The notes below the pieces were generated by a model. It had not been told where the DNA came from. It saw only the letters and a program-made list of their open reading frames with translations, and did not search any database. The position numbers were made by a program, and so were the translations under genes. Below are positions 38,484 through 47,794 of a stretch of 64,000 nucleotides of DNA, in pieces. The DNA is taken from assembly GCA_035534755.1 (NCBI GenBank), contig DATLRH010000005.1:83881-147880 (forward strand). Direction: 5' to 3'. Source of the stretch: Candidatus Dormiibacterota bacterium (GTDB taxonomy: Bacteria > Chloroflexota > Dormibacteria > Aeolococcales > Bog-877). Position 1 is the first letter of the stretch. Each line of letters opens with the position of its first letter.

Positions 38484-38949
38484 GGTCTCTCCCATCCGGG
38501 CTCTCCAGCTGAGTAAGCCCCGCCTCGAGCGCGTTCCAGGGAAGCATCGCGCACTTGACCCTGGCCGCGTAGCGGCGCACCCCGGCCAGTGCCTCAAGGT
38601 CGCCGATCTCCCCCACCGCGGCTGGGTCGCGGCCGTCCAGCAGCATGGCCCGAAAGCGCGTGATCAGCTCCTTGGTCGCGGCCACGGTCCTGCCCTGAAT
38701 CTCCTCGCTCATCATTGAGGCGGAGGCCATCGAGATCGAACATCCCTGACCCTCGAAGCCGACCGCCGCCAGCGCTCCGGCGTCGACTCGCAGGCTCAGA
38801 TCCACCTCATCGCCGCAGAGAGGGTTGTGTCCGTGGGTAGCGACATCGGCCGGGTCCAACAGGCCACGGTGGCGGGGATGCCGGTAGTGGTCCAGGATGA
38901 TCTCCCGGAACAGCTCGTCGTCCATGCCGACGGGATTGAGTTGCGCCAC
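38476..38949 (-). CDS. sufU: SufU/IscU-like Fe-S cluster scaffold (sulfur acceptor)
   Basis: NPLCGDEVDL and ...GCSIS... conserved Cys motifs of SufU; GTG start. Confidence 0.8.
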   Translation of the reverse strand: MAQLNPVGMDDELFREIILDHYRHPRHRGLLDPADVATHGHNPLCGDEVDLSLRVDAGALAAVGFEGQGCSISMASASMMSEEIQGRTVAATKELITRFRAMLLDGRDPAAVGEIGDLEALAGVRRYAARVKCAMLPWNALEAGLTQLESPDGRDHG

Positions 38950-38982
38950 CCGATCATCGTACGCCGACCCAAAATTACGAGC

Positions 38983-39008
38983 GGGGACCGGGGGCGCCCC
39001 CGGTCCCC
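38983..39008 (-). terminator. Perfect 26-nt GC palindrome GGGGACCGGGGGCGCCCCCGGTCCCC followed (minus strand) by a short U tract; terminator/attenuator-like element inside the suf operon
   Basis: Perfect inverted repeat ~35 nt upstream of the sufU start within a 367-bp sufS-sufU gap. Confidence 0.35.
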
Positions 39009-39316
39009 GTCGCTGGGTTTGCGAGATGAGTCCTGCTGACGCGGGACGGCCACGGACCCGGGCTTCAGACCCAGTTCAGGTACCCGTGGTTGACCAGCGC
39101 GTCGAGAGAGTTCAGGTCCCGGCCGCAGTACTCAGTCGTTCCCCAGGATGGTGAGAATCCGTTTGGTACTACCTTCGGGCATGGGCATTCCCTCCTTTTT
39201 CTTGGGGTACCGCCGAGACCGGGATGCGAAGGCTCCCGGCGAGCGGCCGGACGACGCTGTCAGGGCCTAGTTTAGGCCGGACAGCGGTGCCGTGGGAGAC
39301 GGGAGGCTGAATCCGA

Positions 39317-40551
39317 TCAGCTGGCAAAGATCCGATTGGCCTCGCCCAGTGCGGCGACGAGGGCGTCGACATCGTGGCGGTTGTTGTACAGGTAGAAGCT
39401 GGCCCGGGCGGTGGCGGCCACCCGCAGATTCCGCATCAGAGGCTGGCAGCAGTGGTGGCCGGCCCGGATGGCCACCCCGAAGCGGTCGACTATGGTCCCC
39501 ACATCATGGGGATGGACTCCCTCGAGGTTGAACGAAACGATCCCCAGCTGGTCTGCTCCTCGAGGTCCGTAGCGGGTCAGCCCCGGGACCTCGGAGAGCA
39601 TCTCGTCGGCATACTCGGTGAGCTCGACGCCGTGGCGGTAGATGGCCGCCATGCCGACCCTCTCCAGGTAGTCGACGGCCGCCTGAAGCCCCGCCGCTCC
39701 CGCGATGTCGGGCGTTCCGGCCTCGAATTTGTGGGGGATCTCGTCCCAGGTGGTCTTCTCGAGCGTGACCACCGAGATCATCGATCCACCGGTGAGGAAT
39801 GGTGGCATCTCCTCGAGCAGTTCCGGCCGGCCGTAGAGCACCCCGATCCCGGTGGGCCCGCACATCTTGTGGGCGGAGAAGGCGTAGAAGTCGGCATCCA
39901 GGAGCCCGACGTCGACCGGCATGTGCGGCACCGCCTGGGCGCCGTCGACCAACACGGTGATCCCCTCGGCGTGGGCCCGGCCAATCAACTCCGCCACTGG
40001 GTTGATCGTCCCCAGCACATTGCTCACGTGGGTCACCGCCAGCAGCCGGGTAGGTGCCTGCAGAAGACGTTCCGTAGCCTCCCGATCAAGCCGCCCGCTC
40101 CGGTCGACCGGGATGAACTCCAGCTGGCACCCGGTCTGGTCCCGGACCCGCTGCCAGGGAACCAAGTTGGAGTGATGCTCCATCTCGGAGCAGACGATCC
40201 GATCCCCGGGGCCGAGTCGCTCTCGGGCGAAGGCCTGAGCGACCAGGTTAATCGCCTCGGTCGTGTTACGCACGAAAACGACTCCCCGGGGGTCCGCACC
40301 CACCAGGCGAGCCACTGCGGATCTAGCTCCCTCGAAGACTTCAGTCGCCCGCTCGCCCAAGACGTGGACCCCGCGGTGCACGTTGGCGTTGGCATGGGAG
40401 TAGTAGTCGCTGATCGCCTCGATCACGGCCGTCGGCTTTTGGGAGGTGGCAGCGCTGTCCAGATAGACCAGCTCCCGTCCATTGACCCTTTCCTTCAGGA
40501 TCGGGAATTCGGCCCGGACCAAGGCGACGTCCAGGGTCGGAGTCGTCATCA
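39317..40551 (-). CDS. sufS: Cysteine desulfurase SufS
   Basis: Class V aminotransferase fold; PLP-Lys region SAHKMCGPTGIGVLY; catalytic-Cys segment RAGHHCCQPLM; start placed at MTTPTLDVALVRAEFPIL. Confidence 0.85.
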
Positions 40552-40878
40552 CAGTTCTTCCTCGCTGAGCGCCACCCACAGCTCGCCACCGCGGACCTCC
40601 ACTCGGTGGACTCGCACCGGCTCGACCGCCGGGAGCCCAATCGGCTCGCCGGTCTCGAGGTCGAACTGGCTGCCGTGAAGGGGGCACTCGATGGCACAGT
40701 TCTTGGGGTGGAGCTCCCCTTCGGAGAGCGAGGCCATGGCGTGGCTGCAGGTGTCGTCGAGACAGTGGAAGGCACCGTCCACGTTGAACACCGCGATCGG
40801 CAGCTCACCGACCTCAACCCGCGCGGCGTGGCCCGGCGGGATGGCGGCGGCGTCGCAGATCTGAATCCACTCCCCCAT
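40549..40878 (-). CDS. Rieske [2Fe-2S] ferredoxin-like protein in the suf operon
   Basis: CSH...CPLHG Rieske motifs (DDTCSHAMASL...CAIECPLHGSQF). Confidence 0.75.
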   Translation of the reverse strand: MGEWIQICDAAAIPPGHAARVEVGELPIAVFNVDGAFHCLDDTCSHAMASLSEGELHPKNCAIECPLHGSQFDLETGEPIGLPAVEPVRVHRVEVRGGELWVALSEEEL

Positions 40879-42242
40879 CAGGCAGAGCGGCTGGGCTCGG
40901 CCAGCGCCCCCGAGTGGGCGAGCGTCTCCAAGCCAGCCAGCACCCGCCCTCGGGAGACCTCCCTAATCACACCCTCGGGAAGAGCGTCGACAACGTCGGC
41001 GAAGAATCCCTCGACGATCAGCCGGCGCGCCTGCTGGCGCTCAATCCCCCGGCTCTCGCAGTAGAAGAGCTGGTTGTCGTCGATGCGCCCGGCGGTCGAG
41101 CCGTGCGTGCAGCGCACGTCGTTGGCGAGAATCTCCAGCGTGGGATTGCTGTCGGCTTTGGCCTGGGGGCTTAGCAGCAGGTTGCGGTTCTGCACATACG
41201 CGTTGGTCTTCTGCGCTCCCTCTTCGACCCGGATCAGCCCGGCGTAGACGGACCGCGAGCGGTCCGCCACCGCTACCCGGTGAAGGAGGTCGCTGGTCGC
41301 TCCCGGGGCCACGTGGTCTTGCAAGGTTTGCAGGTCGTGGTGCTGCCGCTGTCGACCGACGCAGAGACCGACCATGCGGGTGCTCGAGCCCTCGCCCAAC
41401 ATGAACGTCTCGACGTACGCCTTCTGCCAGGCGCCCCCGAGCATGTTCCAGCGCGCCTCGTAGCAGGCCTCCTGTCCGACTTTGGCCCGGATGGTGGACT
41501 GGACCACGGTCTGGTCCCCACAGCCCTGAAGGATCACGTGGGTGAGGTGTGCCCCCCGGGCGAGCTCCACCTCGGCCACCGGGCTCAGCAGTGAGGCGTC
41601 TCCGTCTGGGGAGATCCACTCCTCGACCAGGGTGAGCCTCGCTCCCTCCTCGAGCTTGACCAGGGTCCGGGGAAAGCTGGCACTGCCGCGACTGACCCCG
41701 TGCAGGAGCCGGACATAACCCTGGGGTTGCTGGCCCCGACCGACATGAACGCAAGCCCCCCCCCGGGTGGCGACGGTGTTCAGCGAGACCCACTTGCGCA
41801 GCCCCGGGGGGGCCACGTTCCCGGCGAGCGCCTGCCAGGTATCGGATTCGGCCGCGAGCCCGGCGGCAAGGGTGAGTGCGAGCTGAGCGCCGGCCGTGCC
41901 GGCGGACGTCCCTGGCGTCGGGAGGTTGCCCGTTTCATCGGAGACGATCGTGGCGGCCACGTCTCCTTTCGCGATCGGTCCTAGGAGGGCGGCGAGCAGA
42001 TACGACGGGGGTTCACCGGACTCGAGCGGCAGTGGCTCCGAGAAACTGGCGGGATCGAGCCGGTCGATCTGGGGGGTACGCCGCCAGTCCTCGTCCCGGC
42101 CAGACGACGGCCAGGGCGCTTCCCGGTAGGCGGCGAGCGCCGCCTCGCGAAGCTCCGCAAACCAGACCGGATCGCCGCCGGCCAGTGCGACTGCGGTTGC
42201 CTCCTCCCGGGTCAGCCGGTAAGCATGAGCGGTCTCGGCCAA
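40878..42242 (-). CDS. sufD: Fe-S cluster assembly protein SufD
   Basis: Conserved SufD C-terminal region ...VRCTHGSTAGRIDDNQLFYCESRGI... Confidence 0.85.
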   Translation of the reverse strand: MAETAHAYRLTREEATAVALAGGDPVWFAELREAALAAYREAPWPSSGRDEDWRRTPQIDRLDPASFSEPLPLESGEPPSYLLAALLGPIAKGDVAATIVSDETGNLPTPGTSAGTAGAQLALTLAAGLAAESDTWQALAGNVAPPGLRKWVSLNTVATRGGACVHVGRGQQPQGYVRLLHGVSRGSASFPRTLVKLEEGARLTLVEEWISPDGDASLLSPVAEVELARGAHLTHVILQGCGDQTVVQSTIRAKVGQEACYEARWNMLGGAWQKAYVETFMLGEGSSTRMVGLCVGRQRQHHDLQTLQDHVAPGATSDLLHRVAVADRSRSVYAGLIRVEEGAQKTNAYVQNRNLLLSPQAKADSNPTLEILANDVRCTHGSTAGRIDDNQLFYCESRGIERQQARRLIVEGFFADVVDALPEGVIREVSRGRVLAGLETLAHSGALAEPSRSA

Positions 42243-42287
42243 GACCGGCTCAGGAGCTCCCAGGGCGACCCGCCCTGTGCGGCGGCC

Positions 42288-43688
42288 TCACCCGACGCTG
42301 CCCTCCATCTGCAGGGAGATCAGCCGGTTCAGCTCGAGGGCGTACTCCATGGGAAGCTCCTTGACGAAGGGCTCGATGAAGCCGTTCACGATCATCGCGG
42401 TCGCCTCCTGCTCGGAGATCCCTCTCGATTGCAGGTAGAAGAGCTGCTCGTCGCCCACCTTGCTCACGGTCGCCTCGTGGCCTATCTGGACGTCCTGAGC
42501 CTCGACGTCCATGTAGGGGTAGGTGTCGCTGCGAGCCTGCTCGTCGAGCAGCAATGCATCGCAGCGAACGCTGGACTTTACCCCATGGGCCTTGGGGTAG
42601 ACCTTCAGGTGCCCGCGATACGAGGTCCTCCCGCTCCCCTTGCTGACCGACTTGCTGACAATCGTGCTGGTGGTGTTGGGGGCGACATGGATCACCTTGG
42701 CGCCGGCGTCCTGGTGCTGGCCGTCCCCGGCGAAGGCCACCGAGAGAACCTCTCCGTGGGCGCCTTCACCCATGAGGTAAATGGAGGGGTACTTCATGGT
42801 CACCTTGCTGCCCAGGTTTCCGTCGATCCACTCGACGACCGCGTGCTCTTTCGCGATCGCGCGCTTGGTCACCAAGTTGTAGACATTGTTGGACCAGTTC
42901 TGAATCGTCGTGTAGCGCACGTGGGAGTTGGGCATAGCAATGATCTCCACCACCGCCGAGTGGAGTGAGTCCTTGCTGTATGTGGGCGCCGTGCAGCCCT
43001 CGATGTAGTGGACGAAGCTGCCTTCCTCGGCAATGATCAGCGTGCGCTCGAACTGGCCCATGCTCTCGGTGTTGATCCGGAAATAGGCCTGGAGCGGGAT
43101 CTCCACGCGGACCCCCTTGGGGACGTAGACAAAAGAGCCCCCCGACCAGACCGCCGAGTTGAGCGCAGCGAACTTGTTGTCATTAGGGGGGATCACGGTG
43201 CCGAAGTACTTGCGGAAGATCTCCGGATGCTCGCGCAACCCGGTGTCGCAGTCACAAAAGAGAACGCCCTGCTTCTCCAGGTCTTCTCGGATCGAGTGGT
43301 AGACGACCTCGCTTTCGTACTGGGCAGATACTCCGGCCAGGAACTTGCGCTCGGCTTCAGGGATGCCGAGCCGGTCAAAGGTGCGCTTAATCCCCTCCGG
43401 GACCTCGTCCCAGGTCCGGCCCTGCTCCTCGGCCGGCCTGACGTAGTAGTAGATTTCGTCGAAGTCGATTCCGCTCAGGTCGGCTCCCCAGCTCGGCATC
43501 GGGCGCTGCCGGAAGTGCTCGAGCGCCTTGAGCCGGAACTCCAGCATCCAGGCCGGCTCTGACTTGCGTCGCGAGATGTCGGCCACCACCTCGGGGGAGA
43601 GGCCACGCTCGCTCCGAAACACGAACTCGTCCCCGTCGTTGAAACCGAACTTGTAGTCCTTGGTCAGGTCCTTCGCGGCGACTGCCAT
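42288..43688 (-). CDS. sufB: Fe-S cluster assembly protein SufB
   Basis: 466 aa; highly conserved SufB core (...[28 protein letters not shown]...[19 protein letters not shown]...). Confidence 0.9.
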   Translation of the reverse strand: MAVAAKDLTKDYKFGFNDGDEFVFRSERGLSPEVVADISRRKSEPAWMLEFRLKALEHFRQRPMPSWGADLSGIDFDEIYYYVRPAEEQGRTWDEVPEGIKRTFDRLGIPEAERKFLAGVSAQYESEVVYHSIREDLEKQGVLFCDCDTGLREHPEIFRKYFGTVIPPNDNKFAALNSAVWSGGSFVYVPKGVRVEIPLQAYFRINTESMGQFERTLIIAEEGSFVHYIEGCTAPTYSKDSLHSAVVEIIAMPNSHVRYTTIQNWSNNVYNLVTKRAIAKEHAVVEWIDGNLGSKVTMKYPSIYLMGEGAHGEVLSVAFAGDGQHQDAGAKVIHVAPNTTSTIVSKSVSKGSGRTSYRGHLKVYPKAHGVKSSVRCDALLLDEQARSDTYPYMDVEAQDVQIGHEATVSKVGDEQLFYLQSRGISEQEATAMIVNGFIEPFVKELPMEYALELNRLISLQMEGSVG

Positions 43689-43756
43689 TTGATCCTTCCT
43701 CGCTTCATCCCCACCGAGAGGAGTAATTCCGACCTGTTATTTGGTATTTTACCCGG

Positions 43757-44545
43757 CTAGGCCGCGGACGCGTCGTTCACTTCCAATCCCGCCTGGCGAA
43801 GCATGGGGTCGTACCCGTCCTTCTCGATCTGGTTCACCAGCTCACTCCCCCCCGAGGCGATGACCCTTCCGGCGGCCATCACATGGACCCGGTCGGGTTT
43901 GATGTAGTCCAGGATCCGCTGGTAGTGGGTGATGATCAAGACGCCCATACCCTGGCTGCGCACCCGGTTGACGCCCTCGGCTACGGTCCGAAGAGCGTCC
44001 ACGTCGAGGCCGCTGTCGGTCTCGTCCAGGATCGCCATTTCGGGTCTGAGCACCGCGAGCTGGACAATCTCCATCCGCTTCTTCTCTCCCCCGGAGAAGT
44101 TGTCGTTGATATAGCGCGACATGAAGGCCTGGTCCATCTTGAGCGCACTCATCTGATCGCGGACCAACTTGAGGAACTCCCGGGCCGGCAGGGACTTGCC
44201 CTGACCCTTGAGCGCCGCCCGGAGGAAGTTGACCGTGGTCACCCCGGGGATCGCGGTCGGGTACTGGAGACTCAGGAAAAGTCCCATCCGGGCTCGGTCC
44301 TCAGGGAGCTTGCCCAGCAGGCTCTGGTCCTTCCAGAGAATCTCGCCAGCGGTCACCTGGTACTTGGGATGACCCATAACGGCGTATCCGAGGCTGGTCT
44401 TGCCCGCGCCGTTGGGACCCATCAGCGCGTGCACCTCTCCCTGGGGCACGGCCAGGCTAACACCGGCGAGAATTCGCTTCCCATCGACGGCGACTTCCAG
44501 ATCGCGAATCTCAAGCGTGGCGCCGGCGGCGGTCGCTTCAGACAT
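43757..44545 (-). CDS. sufC: Fe-S cluster assembly ATPase SufC
   Basis: Walker A GPNGAGKTSLG, ABC signature FSGGEKKRMEIVQL, Walker B AILDETDSGLDVDA. Confidence 0.9.
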   Translation of the reverse strand: MSEATAAGATLEIRDLEVAVDGKRILAGVSLAVPQGEVHALMGPNGAGKTSLGYAVMGHPKYQVTAGEILWKDQSLLGKLPEDRARMGLFLSLQYPTAIPGVTTVNFLRAALKGQGKSLPAREFLKLVRDQMSALKMDQAFMSRYINDNFSGGEKKRMEIVQLAVLRPEMAILDETDSGLDVDALRTVAEGVNRVRSQGMGVLIITHYQRILDYIKPDRVHVMAAGRVIASGGSELVNQIEKDGYDPMLRQAGLEVNDASAA

Positions 44546-45023
44546 GCGCGGGCTGCCCCAGCTCGCGGCTAAAGGGGAGGCTCGCGACCGGGCACTCCGG
44601 GTCCAGGAACCCCGGCTCACGCAACATGTCCGCGAGCGTGGTTCCCCCCAGTACCTGCTGGACCGCGTGCTGGAGCCTTCCCCAGAGAGGCCGGCTGAGG
44701 CACTCAGGCTCCCTGGAGCAGGCCCCTGACTGGTAGTTTTCAGCCAAGCACTCGACCGGGGCCACCGGTCCTTCCATGAGCTCTACGATCTCAAGAACTG
44801 TCACATCCTGGGGGGTCCGGGCGAGCCTGTACCCACCGTGCAATCCGCGGGTGCCCTCGACCAGCCGGGCGCGGCGCAGCGGCGCAATCAGCTGCTCCAG
44901 GTAGGCCAGGGGCATTCCCTCTCGCCGGGCGATCTCGGCCAGGCTCAGGGGCGGCCCTCCGTGCCCCTTGGCTAGTTCGGTCATCATCCGGAGCCCGTAG
45001 TGGGCCCGGGACGAGATCCGCAT
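44538..45023 (-). CDS. Rrf2 family transcriptional regulator (IscR/SufR-like, Cys-cluster type)
   Basis: MRISSRAHYGLRMMTELA N-terminal wHTH; Cys cluster ECLAENYQSGACSREPEC consistent with an Fe-S-binding Rrf2; overlaps the sufC start. Confidence 0.75.
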   Translation of the reverse strand: MRISSRAHYGLRMMTELAKGHGGPPLSLAEIARREGMPLAYLEQLIAPLRRARLVEGTRGLHGGYRLARTPQDVTVLEIVELMEGPVAPVECLAENYQSGACSREPECLSRPLWGRLQHAVQQVLGGTTLADMLREPGFLDPECPVASLPFSRELGQPAHV

Positions 45024-45149
45024 CGCGACCGGGGTCGGGCCGATAAATCCGACTGGCACGCAGCCATTTTAGGCGCCGGGCCCGAGTCCCGGCCCACTGG
45101 AAGGGGAAGCCGGTCTCCTGCCAGGCCGCGACGGCGTGCCTACTTGGGG

Positions 45150-46247
45150 TCAGACGGCGAGCGCGCTCCGGCGCAGGGCGGCCACCTCGCGGCAGATCAG
45201 ACCGGCCGCTCGGGCCACCTCGGTCGCCGAGGTCGACCTGCCCAACGAGAGGCGAAGGTGGCCGGATGCCGTGTCGGGAGTCAGACCCATCGCCAGCAGA
45301 ACGTGCGAGGGAGCTAGCGACCCGCTGGCACAGGCCGAGCCTGCCGAGGCGCAGAGCCCGGCCCGGTCCAGGCGCAGCAGGAGCAACTCGCCCTCGACCC
45401 CCGGGAAGGCGAAGGTGCAAAAGTTGGGCAGCCGCTCACCGACCGGAGCACCGGTGGGAATGGCGTCGGGCAGCCCGGTGCTGATCAGCCGCCCGAGCTC
45501 GAGGGTGAGCGCGGCTTGGCGATCCATCTCGGCCTCCCGTTCGGCCTCCGCCAGCTGGGCGGCGATCCCAAAGCCGACGATCCCGGGGACGTTCTCCGTC
45601 CCCGAGCGCCGAGCCCGCTCCTGACCGCCTCCGGTGATCACCGGATCCAGAGCCGTCCCGTGCCGGGCGTAAAGGGCTCCCACCCCCTTGGGGCCGTAGA
45701 TCTTGTGGGCGGAGACGGTGAGAAGGTCCACCCCCAGCTCGCCGACGTCCAGTTTCAGCTTGCCCATCGCCTGCGTGGCATCGGTGTGGAAGACTGCCCG
45801 GGACCGCGAATGGGTGATTTCGGCCAGCTCCTGGATGGGCTCGAGAGTGCCCACCTCGTTGTTGGCCAGCATCACCGACACCAGCACGGTATCCGGCCTC
45901 AGCGCGGCCTCCAGAACCTCAGGCAGAACCCTACCGGCGCCATCCACCTCGAGCTCAGTTAGGTCGAATCCCTGGCGACGCAGATCGCGAGCGGTTTCCA
46001 GGATCGCCTCGTGCTCGATGGCGGAGATGATCAGGTGGCCGGCCGGCTTCCCCAGCTGGCGGACGACCCCGCGCAGAGCAAGGTTGTCGGACTCGCTTCC
46101 GCCCCCAGTGAAGACGATCTCCCGGGGTCGCGCGTGGAGGGCGACCGCCAACTGATCTCGAGCTCCGTCAACCAGAGCCCGGGCCGCCCGTCCGGCACCG
46201 TGGACGCTCGAGGGGTTGCCGAAAGTCTGGGACATGACCGGAACCAT
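45150..46247 (-). CDS. Cysteine desulfurase (IscS/NifS-like); the conserved N-terminus continues in-frame upstream of the first ATG with no canonical start
   Basis: PLP-Lys SAHKIYGPKGVGALY, catalytic SAGSACASG; upstream in-frame codons encode ...PTIYLDHAATTPIRREVLEA before the first ATG. Confidence 0.8.
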   Translation of the reverse strand: MVPVMSQTFGNPSSVHGAGRAARALVDGARDQLAVALHARPREIVFTGGGSESDNLALRGVVRQLGKPAGHLIISAIEHEAILETARDLRRQGFDLTELEVDGAGRVLPEVLEAALRPDTVLVSVMLANNEVGTLEPIQELAEITHSRSRAVFHTDATQAMGKLKLDVGELGVDLLTVSAHKIYGPKGVGALYARHGTALDPVITGGGQERARRSGTENVPGIVGFGIAAQLAEAEREAEMDRQAALTLELGRLISTGLPDAIPTGAPVGERLPNFCTFAFPGVEGELLLLRLDRAGLCASAGSACASGSLAPSHVLLAMGLTPDTASGHLRLSLGRSTSATEVARAAGLICREVAALRRSALAV

Positions 46248-46332
46248 CGCCTCGAGGACCTCGCGCCGGATCGGGGTGGTGGCGGCATGATCCAGATAGA
46301 TCGTGGGGGGCGCCGCCTCCAGGGCGACGGGG

Positions 46333-46677
46333 TCAGTCGTTGGCGCGCTCTTTGAGAAGTGCGGTCAACGGACCGGCATGCTCCCGCAGCGTCCGATGGA
46401 GCTCCAGCAACTCGTCATTGCTGATGGGATCCGCCTCCGAGGCCGGCGGCGCCGCCAGCCCGACCTCGAGCTCCGATTGCTCGCTCTGGGACTCGTCGCT
46501 GGGAGCCAGCTCCAGCGCCACCAAGAAGGCTAGCTCGCAGTTCCGGCAGGTGACCTCGACGGTGTACTTGCGGCCCTCGTGGTCGAGCTCCCTGAGCTTG
46601 CAATCCGCCAGGGAACGGCGGCACATTGGGCAGCGAAACGCTCCGGCTCTCTCGCGCAGGAATGCCAAGATATCCAT
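46333..46677 (-). CDS. Hypothetical zinc-ribbon protein
   Basis: CPMC...CRNC (two CxxC pairs) followed by an acidic helical region; good SD (GGAGGAAG) before the ATG. Confidence 0.4.
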   Translation of the reverse strand: MDILAFLRERAGAFRCPMCRRSLADCKLRELDHEGRKYTVEVTCRNCELAFLVALELAPSDESQSEQSELEVGLAAPPASEADPISNDELLELHRTLREHAGPLTALLKERAND

Positions 46678-46744
46678 CTCTTCCTCCCCTCGAGTATACC
46701 CAGGCTGGCTGAGATCAGACTGAGCTGAGCCCGGCCGGCCGGGC

Positions 46745-47791
46745 TCAGCTGGGAAGGCGCTCCAGCACGGCGGCGGTGAACTCTTCGGTTCGGGCGTGTC
46801 CACCCAGGTCAGCGGTGCGGACTCCATCGAACACCGCGGCCATGGTGCCCTCCCGCACCTTGCCACCGAAGTCGACCAGGAACGGGTCGGAGGTGTGCTC
46901 CAGCAGCGCCGCGGCGGCCAGGATCATGGCCATCGGGTTAGCGATGTGCCGCCCCTGCAGAGCGGGAGCTGTTCCGTGGGGAGCCTCCGCCATGAGCAGA
47001 TTGGGCCGACTTGACTCGTCAAATCCGATCAGCAGCGACTCGCTCCCCGCCAGGGTGCCGTAAAGGGCGAGGACCAGGTCGGAGAGGATGTCGCCGTCGC
47101 GGTTCAGCGCCGGGATCACCAGCCGGTCGTCCCGGGTGAGGATCAAGGCGAAGGTCGCGTCGATCAGTTGAGGCTCGTAGCGGACTGCAGGATGGCGTCC
47201 ACTCGCGGCATCCATCTCTTCCTTGAGCATCCCCTCGTAGACCCGCGAAACCGTGAACTTCGGACCCCCGAAAACAGTCGCCCCAGTGCGACCCGCCTCC
47301 ACGAAGGCGTACTCAGCGACCCGCCGACAGTGCTCCCGGCTGATCTTGGTGGTGCGGAAGGAAAGCTCGTTGGCACCTTCCCCTTGCCTCCACTCCAGGG
47401 CCCCATAGGCGTCGTCCACAGCCATGCGGACCACGGTGATGGGGGAATGGACCCCCCCCAGCGGGGCGACCCCGGGGATGCGTCGCCCAGTGCGGACGAT
47501 GACGTCTCCGCCGACCTCGGCGCGGAGGATGGCGTTCGGGCTCTCGATCTGACCGATCCCCTCAGGCGTGACGGTCGCCGCCTTGAGCCCGAAGTGGCTA
47601 GCACACATCATCTGAGCCGCCTGGTGAACCACCTGGTTGGCGCTCGCCTGGCGCGACTGGAGGCTGAGGTCGACATGCTCCAGGGTCAACCGCGAGGCCA
47701 GCCCGGGCAAGCTCAGGACCCGGAGTGCCTCCACCAGGAGCTCCTCGCCGGTCTGATCCCCGTGCAGGACCGTGATTGTGGGACGAGCCAC
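46745..47791 (-). CDS. Isocitrate/isopropylmalate dehydrogenase family protein
   Basis: NRDGDILSDLVLALYGTLAGSESL matches the N[LR]xGDIxSD family signature; 348 aa. Confidence 0.7.
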   Translation of the reverse strand: MARPTITVLHGDQTGEELLVEALRVLSLPGLASRLTLEHVDLSLQSRQASANQVVHQAAQMMCASHFGLKAATVTPEGIGQIESPNAILRAEVGGDVIVRTGRRIPGVAPLGGVHSPITVVRMAVDDAYGALEWRQGEGANELSFRTTKISREHCRRVAEYAFVEAGRTGATVFGGPKFTVSRVYEGMLKEEMDAASGRHPAVRYEPQLIDATFALILTRDDRLVIPALNRDGDILSDLVLALYGTLAGSESLLIGFDESSRPNLLMAEAPHGTAPALQGRHIANPMAMILAAAALLEHTSDPFLVDFGGKVREGTMAAVFDGVRTADLGGHARTEEFTAAVLERLPS

Positions 47792-47794
47792 GCC

